A stretch of DNA of 63,639 bases, filler included, from Reticulomyxa filosa (GCA_000512085.1; 20 parts of 20 records of this genome joined end to end with filler, not necessarily neighbours in it), one strand, 5' to 3'. Positions 1-10,235 are shown, counted from the whole stretch's first letter. Numbers and translations are program-made. The notes: generated by a model from the sequence alone, not told the origin.

Positions 1-709
1 CAATATCATTGTCAGAACTCTTGCATTGGTGATACTTGCGGCAATGGTCTAAAAAATATTGCGCACAATACAAGGCTGTTTCGTAGCCGCCATGCCCGTC
101 AAACACCGCCCAGGCGTGAACAAAACCGTCATGAGGGTGCACCCATGTCGCAAAGGCGGCTTGGTCCTCGTCGAGCTGCTTATGCGTCATTTCCACGTAA
201 CCCCACTTTATCGTGTTCAATTCGCTTTTCATGCTCTGTGCGGTATCGTCTCTTGATTTCTTGCGCTTTTTGTCTGTATTCGTTGTATCCTTGCTTTTTT
301 CATCGTTCTCATTCTTTGCTTCCGACTGTTATACACATTTTTTTTTTAAATAACACAAACTTAAGAAATTATGTGCATGTATGTATACTTTTCACATTGC
401 TCTCCGACACTTAAACTCTTGGGCAAGTACCTCGTCACTGTTTGTTCTGTTGTTCAAATGGATACTATCCCTTTTGCTCATACTACTCTTTCTGTCATTA
501 GAATGCTTTCGATTGGTTGCTGTTGGGTCATTGCATGGATCAGGACAAGCCTTCACTACAGACGGCAGTTGGCTTGCAATAAAGTCACCCACTTTTTGCC
601 TCTGTAATCTTCTGGCTCGCTCCGAACTAAATTGCCGGGTATATTCTAAGCTATTGTATACAGTCTGAGGTTGGTCTTCAACAATATCGTTGGATGAATT
701 GATCCCCAT
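1..709 (-). CDS. PP2C (PPM-family) protein phosphatase, 5' part; two exons (431-709 and 1-325), runs off the window start
   Basis: Manual translation of 325->1 gives ...WGYVEMTHKQLDEDQAAF...AWAVFDGHGGYETALYC, containing the PP2C motif-1-like ED and the motif 2 DGHGG. A phase-0 GT-AG intron at 326-430 joins it in frame to the ORF starting MGINSS at 709, which has a possible myristoylation-type N-terminus. Confidence 0.75.
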
Positions 710-1607
710 ATTTCTCCAAATACATTGCTTACTTCCCCTTGGTTCTCGTGTAAAGCTATTTTAAGTTGTTAAAACGGCTGTTTCTTGATTCTCAAATATT
801 TGAAAACATACAGATAAATAATCTATCACTAAATAAAGTGTAATTTAATACCACAAACAACTAGTTTGATAATATAATTAAATAGCTGTCATCAACACAG
901 TTTGTTTTGATCGTCTCAGTAATTTATTTTTTAAAAGTCCAAATTTATTTTAATAGGTGTTTTTTTATGACAGCTTCGTCCTGGGTGTAATGATGTAACT
1001 TGTCACCTGAATCTGATACTGTTAAAAGTATTTTTAAATACATAAAAAAAGAAAATTGTGAAAAAAAAATAATAATCCTTGACCACAAATATATTTTGTT
1101 TTATCAAAATCAAAAATCTTGGAATGAGTATCACACAATCTGAACAAATTGCTTTTTTTCCCCCGTCGAAATCTTATCTTCTCATCGAAAACATGTAGAT
1201 ATTGTCCAATTTTATATTAGAATTAAAAAAAGTTGCTTAGAACAAGACCTACTATTTAGTACCAAGGTTCAGTGAATCTTGAAATCTCTTTTCTCAAAAC
1301 TTTTCTACAAAACTTACTTTTTTCTGTCTTTTATCCTTCTACTTTTGTCGTTGCTACAGTTCTCATTTTTATTTACTTAAATTTGTTCTTTTTTTTATTG
1401 AAAAGTATCTCGTAGAAAGAGATTTTCGTACTACACTTTGTGCTAATCAAGTGATAGTCAGCAAATCCCACAGTTGAATCTAACATGCCACTTATAGAGA
1501 ATTTTTTCATGAAAAACAAATTTTTTAACATTAACAACTCTTGGAGTTGTTGAGTGACTGAAAAAAAAGTTTAACATTGGTACATATAGACTAAATAGAA
1601 AGGAAAA

Positions 1608-2570
1608 TCATAAAGTGAAGGATTTGAGAAATTTTGCTCTGTAAGCGTCTACAAATGCACTTCCTTTTGATCCTCCAATGTTTCTGAGTACTTCCTCAGA
1701 AACTAAGTTAGTTAATTGACTTGAACCTTGTGGTGAATTAATATCCAATTTTTCATGTCGACCGTTAGTTATCGTAGCAATATCTATAAAATTTTTTTTT
1801 GCCTGATCATTGATATAAAATGCATGGACTGGAATTTTGCGTTGTTTTAAGCGTATAAGTTCATCTTCATAATACGTGGACTCGGAAAATAATTTTGTCT
1901 TTTTCCAATAAGGTATCCCAAATCCATATTGCAATGAGCTCTTTTTGTCAATTACTTCTTGCCTTGTATTTGCGGGTGCATCACCAATTAATATAACCTG
2001 TGAAACGTCTCCTTTTTCAGCTTCTTGATTGACATGAGCCAATCCAATTTCAATTGCTTCATTTCCCCATCCATAACAAGCCACAACAGTTTCCATAAAA
2101 TTGCGAAGATTTTCAGGCTTGGATTCCCAAGGAGAAATTTTGAGAAGCATATCTTCAGGTGCATTATAATTGCGATACACCACAAATTGTATCTCAAAGC
2201 TGTTTGGAGATTCCCCATTTTCTTTTAATATTGTAGAAATACGTTCAAACATAGTGCATACTGTATTTTTTGCTTTTTGCAGCAAGTGGGCCATGGATGC
2301 AGTTCCATCCATCAAAACAATTGTTTGCGAAAGTTTTTTCTCTTCCGCCCCTTTGTTTCTATCGCATAGCATTTTCTTTACTGCCATTGCATCATTTCTT
2401 TTCAAAGCCGCAATCAATTCCTCACCCAATTTATGTTCGTTTGCAGCATACTCGACATATTGTTTGCTTTCCGCATATTGCGCTTTAAAGAATTCGGTTC
2501 TCTTGGAATGCAGCAAAGGATAGAAATTTCCAATGCTTCGTGCATTATCAATATCTGTTTTAGTGATCAA
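1608..2570 (-). CDS. vWA domain; probable C-terminal part of the SecA-like ATPase gene
   Basis: It has a MIDAS-like DGTASM motif plus YRNY, GNEAIEIGL and LIGDAP. It overlaps the end of ORF 2560-4896 in another frame. Confidence 0.7.
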   Translation of the reverse strand: MITKTDIDNARSIGNFYPLLHSKRTEFFKAQYAESKQYVEYAANEHKLGEELIAALKRNDAMAVKKMLCDRNKGAEEKKLSQTIVLMDGTASMAHLLQKAKNTVCTMFERISTILKENGESPNSFEIQFVVYRNYNAPEDMLLKISPWESKPENLRNFMETVVACYGWGNEAIEIGLAHVNQEAEKGDVSQVILIGDAPANTRQEVIDKKSSLQYGFGIPYWKKTKLFSESTYYEDELIRLKQRKIPVHAFYINDQAKKNFIDIATITNGRHEKLDINSPQGSSQLTNLVSEEVLRNIGGSKGSAFVDAYRAKFLKSFTL

Positions 2571-4896
2571 GAATTTTCAAGTAATTGTCACATAGCACCA
2601 AGCTATATGAGCCCGAGTCACCCTGTCTGGCTGTTCGTCCTTTGATTTGCACCTCTTCGGACAATTCTTCGGAAAGGAATGTCTGAATGACATGTATTCC
2701 GCCATTGGCTCCAACAACTTGATCACGACAAACAAAATCAGTGCCTCTTCCAAATGCCCTAGTAAACAGCCCCACTTGTCCAGAAGTGGTTGCACGTTTG
2801 ATCAGGTATTCCTTTTCTTCGTTGATATTTTCCTCAGTCATCACAATGGCATCACGTTTCATTTCAACAAAGTTGGAAGATTCATAAAACTCGATCAATT
2901 GTTTTTTGGATTCAAAGAACACCAACACAGCTCTTTTTGTGTCGGGATTTTTTCCAACCAACCGATCATCAATTTCTTTTTTAAGCGTGGTGAAATAGTC
3001 ACATTCTTCCACAATGAAAATATCCTTTTGATCTGCAAAGATCAGTTTATTGTCACCAAACAAAGACGGTATATAAGTATGTTTTGATACATGATACACT
3101 TTTTCCACGACTTCTTGTTCCGCCGCACTTAATGTCTTCAATGTGCCACTTACACCCATAATGCAACAGAAGCTTTTTGGAACCTCTGCATACGAAAAAT
3201 TGCCAATTCGAAAGGAAATGCAAATGTTGTTTTTGAAGCTCTCATTGCTGATTTTGTTTTGTGCATGTTCGTGATAATACGCGAACAGAGTCTTGTAGCC
3301 ATAGCGAACATTGTAGCAAATGCTATCCTGTTCTTTGTATCCAATTTTGTCATTGCTCACCTGATATCGATGCGATTCAAACTTTTGAATATCATCCAAC
3401 ATATCTTTGATCGCCTCATCTAGCAATGTCTCCCATTCCTTTAGCACTTTGCAACACTCTTTGTACTCATTGGATTGCTTCACATCTCTCAGCTTTAAAA
3501 ATGACTTTTTATTGTTCCAAATATAGTCAACGAGTTTTGTGATGCTATCATGTCGCAAAGTGGCGGCAGGCGAATAGCAACTGCCATAAAACTCTTTATT
3601 GAAAAACACATCAACTTCATCAATCAACAACACTTTGGCACGAATCACGTGCAAAGTGTCTGCTGACTTTTTCTCATCGTCGGGCATAATCATGCTTTCC
3701 ACCAATTTGCGGACATCGCCTCCTTCGTTGATGATCCTTTCACAGAGTTTATTAAACGTGCCGTAATGAATGTAATCTGTCACACTCAAAGCACTAAACA
3801 ACGGCTCAAAGCTCTTAAAGTCTCGACAACTCAAGTACTCGCTGTATGATGCACAACTTACATCAAAACCCAACAGCGCTAACACACAAGAGGTAACCGC
3901 CAATGTCACCGACTTACCTTCTCCGGTTCCAATTTGGATGAGATTGCTGATTAATTCCTTCTTGCTTTCGTCAATCCCCAACATTCGAAAAATGGAGATG
4001 ACCTGGGCAGGATGGGGCTGCAATAAATATGAGTTTTGATTTTCGACCCCTTTTGCGTCGAAATAAAACTGTGCGTTTTGCAGTGTCCACAGTGCGAAAA
4101 CGTGCGCCACTAAAGAGACGACCTCGCCTCGCACACCGGCGTCCCACTGTATGGCGCCAGGTTTTTGTTCGATGCTCCGAGTGATCATTTTGGTGTTATT
4201 AACTAAGGTGGTGAGTTTGTTGTTTTCGTCCAAATGGCCATGGACCAATTTGGTATACAAGTCCTTGAACTCCTTGTACTTGTTGGCGAGTTTTTCGGAG
4301 CGTACGGCATCGATGATATCTCCTTTGGTGTCCATTCTCCTTAACACATACTCGACATCATGCGCCTGAGTCTTAACATTGAATAGAGCCACATTGTAGC
4401 CTTTGAAGGCATTGTGTTCGGCGACGATCATTTCGCCAACGCCAGTGGTATCCTTTTCGAGCTTGAGTGCAAGCACAGAGATGCCAATGCCATCTTTGTG
4501 TTGGCGTTTGAATGCACCGAGCAATTCGTCGATGCGTTTATTGACAGTGTCTTTGAAGCTGAAAATGCGGACCGACATTTGCTTCATAAGCAAAAGCCAA
4601 GGGACGATAGCCTCGATGCTCAAGTCTTTCATGGCACCTTTTTCGAGTTGCTCCACCTGCTTGTTCACTAATGTGTCAATGGCCTCCATTTGCATCTTTG
4701 CTATGCTTGAAAACACTCCGTTTTTTTGCATCGCGATGAAGCAGTTGTAACATAGATTGACGTGGCTGTAATCCTCCGAACTCCACTTTGGATTATCCTT
4801 CATCTTTTTCACGATATCATGTGCCTCCTTTTCGAGCTTCTCCGTGCACCCTCCTGTCTTGCGCATGCCGGACATGTGACTCTTCAATTGCGACAC
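2560..4896 (-). CDS. SecA-like SF2 helicase/ATPase (SecA DEAD-like and helicase C domains)
   Basis: Motifs are QIGTGEGKS (Walker A, SecA type), IDEVD (Walker B), GVSGT, GRGTDF and QIKGRTARQGDSG (SecA motif VI). Confidence 0.8.
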   Translation of the reverse strand: MSQLKSHMSGMRKTGGCTEKLEKEAHDIVKKMKDNPKWSSEDYSHVNLCYNCFIAMQKNGVFSSIAKMQMEAIDTLVNKQVEQLEKGAMKDLSIEAIVPWLLLMKQMSVRIFSFKDTVNKRIDELLGAFKRQHKDGIGISVLALKLEKDTTGVGEMIVAEHNAFKGYNVALFNVKTQAHDVEYVLRRMDTKGDIIDAVRSEKLANKYKEFKDLYTKLVHGHLDENNKLTTLVNNTKMITRSIEQKPGAIQWDAGVRGEVVSLVAHVFALWTLQNAQFYFDAKGVENQNSYLLQPHPAQVISIFRMLGIDESKKELISNLIQIGTGEGKSVTLAVTSCVLALLGFDVSCASYSEYLSCRDFKSFEPLFSALSVTDYIHYGTFNKLCERIINEGGDVRKLVESMIMPDDEKKSADTLHVIRAKVLLIDEVDVFFNKEFYGSCYSPAATLRHDSITKLVDYIWNNKKSFLKLRDVKQSNEYKECCKVLKEWETLLDEAIKDMLDDIQKFESHRYQVSNDKIGYKEQDSICYNVRYGYKTLFAYYHEHAQNKISNESFKNNICISFRIGNFSYAEVPKSFCCIMGVSGTLKTLSAAEQEVVEKVYHVSKHTYIPSLFGDNKLIFADQKDIFIVEECDYFTTLKKEIDDRLVGKNPDTKRAVLVFFESKKQLIEFYESSNFVEMKRDAIVMTEENINEEKEYLIKRATTSGQVGLFTRAFGRGTDFVCRDQVVGANGGIHVIQTFLSEELSEEVQIKGRTARQGDSGSYSLVLCDNYLKILDH

Positions 4897-4922
4897 GTGC
4901 GTGATGAACTCCAGCCTCTCCT

Positions 4923-5390
4923 TCAGCTGCGCAAAGACATGTCTCTCGTCACGTCGTTCTTCTTCGTGCTTTCGTTCACGAGACCCTCGCTCGTAATGTC
5001 GTCGGCCATCTTTGTCACGTGCGCGAGTAGGTCGCGCTGCATGTCAGGATACGTCCAAAGTTTGGAGGCAGTGCCTTCGGGAATGCTCACGCACGTAGCC
5101 TTCTTTGTCATGAACACTCTGACTTTTTGAAAGAATGGACCCTCCTCACTCCCGATCATCTTCATCATGTCCAGCAGCACGCCCAGTTCATCGACGTTCA
5201 TGGCTTTCAAGTGCTTTTTGTACTTGTGTTGGAGCGAGACAAAGTACGTGGAGATCTTGTGGTCCAATTCTTTGATCTTTTCGTTGAAATGAGATGGTAG
5301 CAGCTCGTCGGGATTGATATCGCCGGTCGAGTCAGTTTTTATCTCCATGCAGTCGATGATAAAGTCAAAGGCTTTTTCCATCCACTCCAA
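4923..5390 (-). CDS. Probable upstream segment of the same SecA-like gene (frameshifted)
   Basis: Same strand, 26 nt from ORF 2560-4896, with similar composition. Confidence 0.5.
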   Translation of the reverse strand: MEWMEKAFDFIIDCMEIKTDSTGDINPDELLPSHFNEKIKELDHKISTYFVSLQHKYKKHLKAMNVDELGVLLDMMKMIGSEEGPFFQKVRVFMTKKATCVSIPEGTASKLWTYPDMQRDLLAHVTKMADDITSEGLVNESTKKNDVTRDMSLRS

Positions 5391-5393
5391 TCC

Positions 5394-5433
5394 ATTATTA
5401 TTATTATTATTATTAATATTATTATTATTGTTA

Positions 5434-5503
<70 letters not shown>

Positions 5504-5511
5504 TACTACTA
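5394..5511. repeat. (TTA)n microsatellite at the contig end
   Basis: Visible trinucleotide run abutting the linker. Confidence 0.95.
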
Positions 5512-5611
5512 NNNNNNNNNNNNNNNNNNNNNNNNNNNNNNNNNNNNNNNNNNNNTTAATTAATTAANNNNNNNNNNNNNNNNNNNNNNNNNNNNNNNNN
5601 NNNNNNNNNNN
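5512..5611. other. Artificial contig linker N44-TTAATTAATTAA-N44. The 19 copies start at 5512, 13762, 22473, 23830, 24942, 28037, 29879, 31549, 34608, 42508, 44315, 45649, 49172, 50540, 51774, 54008, 56124, 60537 and 61784.
   Basis: Identical 100-nt spacer with a palindromic core that places stops in all six frames. Confidence 0.98.
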
Positions 5612-5822
5612 ATATACAAAAACATGTGCTTTGGCCTAGCTATTGAAAAGCACATTAAATCAGAAAACAGCTTGACAATGAATGAATTAACTAGTCTAGT
5701 GTCGAGCAAAGATTATTGAATCGATAGAAAGAAAAAATGAGTGATGAGAAAAAAAGATTATGGGAACAATCTGAGTAAATAAAAAAGATCTTCAAAATGA
5801 ACGAGCTAAAGTTGAGGGAACT

Positions 5823-7064
5823 GTGCACTTAATAAATGTGTACACTCAAGGTCTCAGAGCTTTGGAGAATGACATGGTCACTGTTTCTGGCGATTTACTT
5901 AATTATAGTCATACTTATGACTTGTATGAAAAATACGCAGAATATAAAAGTATAGAAGTTAGATTTACCCATATATATGAGTGTATACACGATATTGTTG
6001 AAAAAACTAATCAATGGAAGTGGGAGGCTCTTCTTACTGTGCTAGGCGATTCATATAGTGTACAGATAAAAGAAGAAGATTTATATAATCTTTCCCAAGT
6101 AGACGCTCTTATAGAAGCTAATGATAAACTAGAAGCCAAGGGGAATGTTGTTCTAGATAGTGATACAATAAATAGATTGAAAGAAATAAAAGTTTTCTTA
6201 AGCAATCCAACTTTTCTAAAATTAAAACCTGATTTTGCAACATATAGTGAATTTAAAATTATTTATGATAAATTAGCTACACACAAGGCAAATATTGAAA
6301 AACTTCATGATAGCTATGAAGAATTATTACGTATTGCGATTAATGTATCAAAAAATATTGATGATAAAGATGAATTGGTAAAGTTAAACTTGAATGTAGT
6401 ATATAAAATGCTAGATTCTCTTATGGAAACGATAGGTTTTAAAGCAGGATCCTTTAGCCAGAACAAAAAAGTTTCGGATGTCAGTGTGACATCATTGATT
6501 GAGACAATCTATGATACTATTTTTGCAAAACCAGATGCAAAGTATGATATAGAAGACCATGAGAGGAAGCATGTGTCTAAGAAGCAACTCGTGGCAATAG
6601 ATTCTGATATCGTGATTCAAAAGATCCATGAGAAATTTCAAAATCTTACTATAGCTCTTATTAGTGATGCTAAGACCTGCTGTTTTGCTTCAGTCATCCC
6701 AAAATATAAAGAAGCTTCAAATTGTCTTATTACTTTGCCCAATAACTATCTTGATGAGAAAGCATGCTCCTCTCTTTATGAAAAAGCAACTGTTGCTATG
6801 AGCAATTGTGAAAGTATTTTCCCGATGAAAACTATGTACGACAAGCAAATTATGAAGCTTTTAAAAGCCTCTGCTTCTGTGAAAGTTGGATTAGCTAATG
6901 ACGAAGCATCAACTTTAATATTTTACCCTCATGCAGACAATGAGCTTAACCAAGAAGAATACAGCAATAGTGATATACAAGATCCAAATGTAATAAAATT
7001 ATTTGATGCATATTTTTATAGTGACAACAACAAGTTAATGTTGCAGGATAGATATGAGCTTTAA
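5823..7064 (+). CDS. Hypothetical protein (413 aa, probably helical) on the bacterial contig
   Basis: Long intronless ORF with no motif I recognise. The start is uncertain. Confidence 0.6.
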   Translation: MHLINVYTQGLRALENDMVTVSGDLLNYSHTYDLYEKYAEYKSIEVRFTHIYECIHDIVEKTNQWKWEALLTVLGDSYSVQIKEEDLYNLSQVDALIEANDKLEAKGNVVLDSDTINRLKEIKVFLSNPTFLKLKPDFATYSEFKIIYDKLATHKANIEKLHDSYEELLRIAINVSKNIDDKDELVKLNLNVVYKMLDSLMETIGFKAGSFSQNKKVSDVSVTSLIETIYDTIFAKPDAKYDIEDHERKHVSKKQLVAIDSDIVIQKIHEKFQNLTIALISDAKTCCFASVIPKYKEASNCLITLPNNYLDEKACSSLYEKATVAMSNCESIFPMKTMYDKQIMKLLKASASVKVGLANDEASTLIFYPHADNELNQEEYSNSDIQDPNVIKLFDAYFYSDNNKLMLQDRYEL

Positions 7065-7081
7065 ATTGAGAGGTATATTTT

Positions 7082-7414
7082 ATGAAGCTAACTAAATTGG
7101 GATTCAAATTCGGCACGTTGAAAGATGCAGAAATGAAAGTGCAGGATACAGAGGCTACTCTTGTAGGCAAGGCATATAGTTTCTTTTCAAATTATTTCGG
7201 ATCTTTAAATTCTGAGATGCATTCTAAACAGGCTCAGCAAAGTGGCAAAAATTATTTTAAATTTGATGATGCGTATGTTAAGGGTACACTCAAGAATTCT
7301 GGAAGTTTATTCAAATTCGGCACGTTGAAAGATGCAGAAATGAAAGTGCAGGATACAGATACTACTCCTCTTGTAGAAGCATCTACTAACTTTGACCATG
7401 TAGATCTTATATAA
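7082..7414 (+). CDS. Hypothetical protein (110 aa) with an internal duplication
   Basis: SD-like GAGG lies just upstream of the ATG. The peptide FKFGTLKDAEMKVQDT occurs twice. Confidence 0.5.
   Translation: MKLTKLGFKFGTLKDAEMKVQDTEATLVGKAYSFFSNYFGSLNSEMHSKQAQQSGKNYFKFDDAYVKGTLKNSGSLFKFGTLKDAEMKVQDTDTTPLVEASTNFDHVDLI
7102..7359 (+). repeat. 51-bp perfect direct repeat (7102-7152 and 7309-7359)
   Basis: ATTCAAATTCGGCACGTTGAAAGATGCAGAAATGAAAGTGCAGGATACAGA occurs twice, with a 207-nt offset. Confidence 0.95.
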
Positions 7415-7501
7415 TCAAAGCTCTTGCCTATCTTGCATGATATTTTCATCATAGTATGCCTCGAGTAATTTAATTTCATTATGATACCGCACTGGATTAC
7501 T

Positions 7502-7529
7502 CTTCAAAGCTGCCTGTGCGGCAGTTAAC
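7502..7529 (-). CRISPR. Single type I-F CRISPR repeat, GTTAACTGCCGCACAGGCAGCTTTGAAG
   Basis: It is 28 nt with the CTGCC-(5 nt)-GGCAG Cas6f hairpin and closely matches the I-F consensus GTTCACTGCCGTATAGGCAGCTTAGAAA. It lies 130 nt downstream of cas6f on the same strand. There is no second intact repeat. Confidence 0.9.
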
Positions 7530-7659
7530 CCAAGCATTTAAAGCTAGCAAGGTATATATATAGCGGCTTTTAAGTAATTTACCATAAAAACCATTATTTT
7601 TAGATATGCAATAAAAAGCCTGATTCCAGAGGCTTTCAAAATTACTAAAAAAATTTTGG
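7530..7659 (-). promoter_or_regulatory. Putative CRISPR leader
   Basis: AT-rich 130-nt interval between the cas6f stop and the first repeat, with T- and A-tracts. This is the canonical leader position. Confidence 0.6.
7610..7637 (-). terminator. Possible intrinsic terminator after cas6f
   Basis: On the minus strand, AAAGCCT-CTGGAATC-AGGCTTT runs into TTATT (7-bp stem followed by a U-tract). Confidence 0.45.
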
Positions 7660-8232
7660 TTAAAAAAATGGTACCGTTGCATTATAACTTAAACCAAAAG
7701 TATCAAATCTACCCTTATGTTCTATTTTTTCTTTTTTAATCTCTATATATCTTCTGTATTTTTGTCCAGTTGAATAACTATATAACTCTAAATATGCATT
7801 AGATAAACTTCCCATACACATTTTAATTTTATATTTCTTTATACCATCCGTCTTGATGGAGTTCCTTTTTCTTAATCTTCTCAGTTTAGCATTGCTCATA
7901 TTTTGTTGTACGCGTGATATAATTCTATACTCTTTAATTACCGAAGGTATAGATAATATATTGCTCAAGATACAATTTTGCTTTAAATCTGCTACTAACT
8001 GTAATGCCACTGATAACTTCTTTAAGCTCTCTTCGCTTGAATGTATTCTTAAAATTCTTCCAAGAGATTGATATCCATCTTCATATTTTATATATTGCGG
8101 AAAATCTATCCCTATATCACTTGAATTCATCTCATATAAAATCTTGTGCACTTCATTACAAATATTGTTGCGCAATATATTCAAGCTTACTGTATTATTT
8201 GGCTTAATTGTGAGATCAATGTAGTGCCCCAT
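7660..8232 (-). CDS. cas6f: Type I-F CRISPR endoribonuclease Cas6f (Csy4)
   Basis: It has N-terminal HYIDLTI, a catalytic His in EVHKIL, an Arg-rich helix AKLRRLRKR, and C-terminal GRFDTFGLS...TVPFF. The likely start is the ATG at 8232 (the ORF track starts at 8262). Confidence 0.92.
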   Translation of the reverse strand: MGHYIDLTIKPNNTVSLNILRNNICNEVHKILYEMNSSDIGIDFPQYIKYEDGYQSLGRILRIHSSEESLKKLSVALQLVADLKQNCILSNILSIPSVIKEYRIISRVQQNMSNAKLRRLRKRNSIKTDGIKKYKIKMCMGSLSNAYLELYSYSTGQKYRRYIEIKKEKIEHKGRFDTFGLSYNATVPFF

Positions 8233-8239
8233 ACTTAAC

Positions 8240-9238
8240 TCAAAGTCTAATGCTGTTAACATAAGCTAACCCCTTTTTGCCCAAATAAAAACTTGAAACA
8301 CCTGCATATTCCATCAGCTTATATATCTCCTCAGCTTTGCCTCTATCAATATTTAAGCTTATTTTTAGTTCTCCACTAGCTTTCTTAAGGGTTAAATTTT
8401 CTTTACCTTTGCCTTTAATATAGTTGTCTTTAATATAGGGATTGCCGTAAATCATCTTACGACCAGCAAATTGCTTCATAAAGTCTTTCGGAGTAAAACT
8501 TTTCTTAGCTATACCCGAAAGCCCTCCTTTTTTTGATAATGCAGCGCTTATATCATACTTCTTTTCCAATTTATCTAGTTGCAAATAAAGGGCTGAACAA
8601 TAAAAAGAAATAGGCATTATCATTTGGTTTTTATCATAGTAATTTTGATCACTGTAAAAATGCTGTAAAATTTTTAATGCTTCTGATGTATTGCCTATAT
8701 CTTTCACTTTTTTCATTTTTTTTATTTCTTTAAATCGCTCACAGATAAGAATAGGGCATAATTTCCTTGAATTTATTTCTACCTGTTCAGTAATAATAAA
8801 TTCACACAACTGGTTAAAATCAAGATATAAAATCTCCCATAGCTGACTAGAATAATCTGAAGTCAGAATAGGGTGACATGGATTAACAGTTCCTGAAAAA
8901 GAGTCTTGATCATAATTGTCTTTCTTCATATTTCTGAGGTAAACTACTTCATGATAATCGGATTTATTATCTTCCCAAGATATTAAATTCTCAATCGCTC
9001 CAAAAAAATAATTTCTATCCTGTCTTGATTGATAGAGTTTGCGTTGATCTCCAATTAAACGATTTAAAATACCCATTACGGTATCTATGGTAATCTCTCT
9101 TTTAATAAAATTATTCTTATCTCTTAACTGCTGGAAAGAAGCAATAAATTTACGAGATTTTTTATTTAGCGGCTCGTTATTATTACCATCTAAAAATGAA
9201 TTACGCCAACTACCCTCATATCTTAAAGTAATTTCCAT
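8240..9238 (-). CDS. cas5fv: Type I-F2 (I-Fv) Cas5fv
   Basis: Begins MEITLRYEGSWRNSFLDG, contains TVMGILNRLIGDQRKLYQ and ends AGVSSFYLGKKGLAYV. Size (about 330 aa) and position between cas7fv and cas6f match the Shewanella putrefaciens I-Fv system. Confidence 0.88.
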   Translation of the reverse strand: MEITLRYEGSWRNSFLDGNNNEPLNKKSRKFIASFQQLRDKNNFIKREITIDTVMGILNRLIGDQRKLYQSRQDRNYFFGAIENLISWEDNKSDYHEVVYLRNMKKDNYDQDSFSGTVNPCHPILTSDYSSQLWEILYLDFNQLCEFIITEQVEINSRKLCPILICERFKEIKKMKKVKDIGNTSEALKILQHFYSDQNYYDKNQMIMPISFYCSALYLQLDKLEKKYDISAALSKKGGLSGIAKKSFTPKDFMKQFAGRKMIYGNPYIKDNYIKGKGKENLTLKKASGELKISLNIDRGKAEEIYKLMEYAGVSSFYLGKKGLAYVNSIRL

Positions 9239-9249
9239 ACAATAATTCT

Positions 9250-10233
9250 CTAATCTTTAGCGTAAAAATAGGTAGCATAATTATCTGAAGCACGGCTATT
9301 AATCTCACTGTGACCTTCAGTTCGTTTTACCCTCATCATCTTATCGCTATCATTATAATCTACTTCAATAGAATCAACATACATGTAAGATTTGGCTTGG
9401 CGAATTACAAGATTACGTAGTTTATCTAGCATATGCTCTACTAATACCGAAATTGCAACATTATTGAGTAATATACCTACTTCTCCTTCTTCAAATATAC
9501 TACCTTTACGTACGTAATTTTCATGTAAAGTAGCTTGCACTAAAGATGACTCAGGGCTCAGACTTTTTATATAAGCCATAATTTCTTGTTTAGCTTTTAC
9601 TTCTCCAGAAGTATCTAACCCACATATGGCTGGTCGCTCAAATTTACGATCTAACGAAATAAATTGTAATTGCTCAATGCTAATTGAGCCATAAGAAATG
9701 TATTGTGTATCTCCAAAGGTGGTCTTAGAATAAAATGACGACTCATCTTTTGTTCCTGATTGGCCAAATTGTTCGAAATTACCATTACCAAGTTGGTCAA
9801 CAAAATCTTCTAATAACAAACAACTAATACGCTTTTCTTGGCTGGATGGTATAACATATCCACGTAATAACCCTGTATCGGAAGCTAAAAGCTTAATCTT
9901 ATTATCTTCTTTACATTCTTTTTTTTGGCTTTCAACATAATGTAAATCAAATGCTTGCTCTCTAAATAAATGATGTCTAATACAATTTTGGCTAATATAA
10001 AGAGGTGTTTTTTTAAAATCTACATCCCGAGCTTCTTTAGGATATTTGTAACCAGTTTCTTCTTTGATTTTACCAGATAAATTAGTATAACCTCTCAATT
10101 TAGGCATTGTATGGTTATTAACATTTTTGTTGTCTGCACCAGCAAGAGTAGTAACGCCATTCCAGTTCACTACGCCATGTCCTTTTGCTACAATTTTAAA
10201 GTCTATACTCTTGATACCTGTAATTTTTTCCAT
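9250..10233 (-). CDS. cas7fv: Type I-F2 (I-Fv) Cas7fv backbone protein
   Basis: Contains [50 protein letters not shown] and [10 protein letters not shown]. It is the first Cascade gene after cas3. Confidence 0.9.
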   Translation of the reverse strand: MEKITGIKSIDFKIVAKGHGVVNWNGVTTLAGADNKNVNNHTMPKLRGYTNLSGKIKEETGYKYPKEARDVDFKKTPLYISQNCIRHHLFREQAFDLHYVESQKKECKEDNKIKLLASDTGLLRGYVIPSSQEKRISCLLLEDFVDQLGNGNFEQFGQSGTKDESSFYSKTTFGDTQYISYGSISIEQLQFISLDRKFERPAICGLDTSGEVKAKQEIMAYIKSLSPESSLVQATLHENYVRKGSIFEEGEVGILLNNVAISVLVEHMLDKLRNLVIRQAKSYMYVDSIEVDYNDSDKMMRVKRTEGHSEINSRASDNYATYFYAKD

Positions 10234-10235
10234 AT

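Noticed and set aside
2560-4896. Canonical bacterial secA
   Set aside because: Only the ATPase motifs match. The N- and C-terminal regions differ, a vWA domain follows, and the contig is eukaryotic.
5314-5559. Poly-Leu ORF and similar poly-Asn, poly-Lys and poly-Phe ORFs elsewhere
   Set aside because: These are translations of microsatellites or homopolymers.
7102-7359. 51-bp direct repeats as a possible second CRISPR array
   Set aside because: Only two copies with a 156-nt gap, in frame within an ORF, and no Cas6f hairpin.
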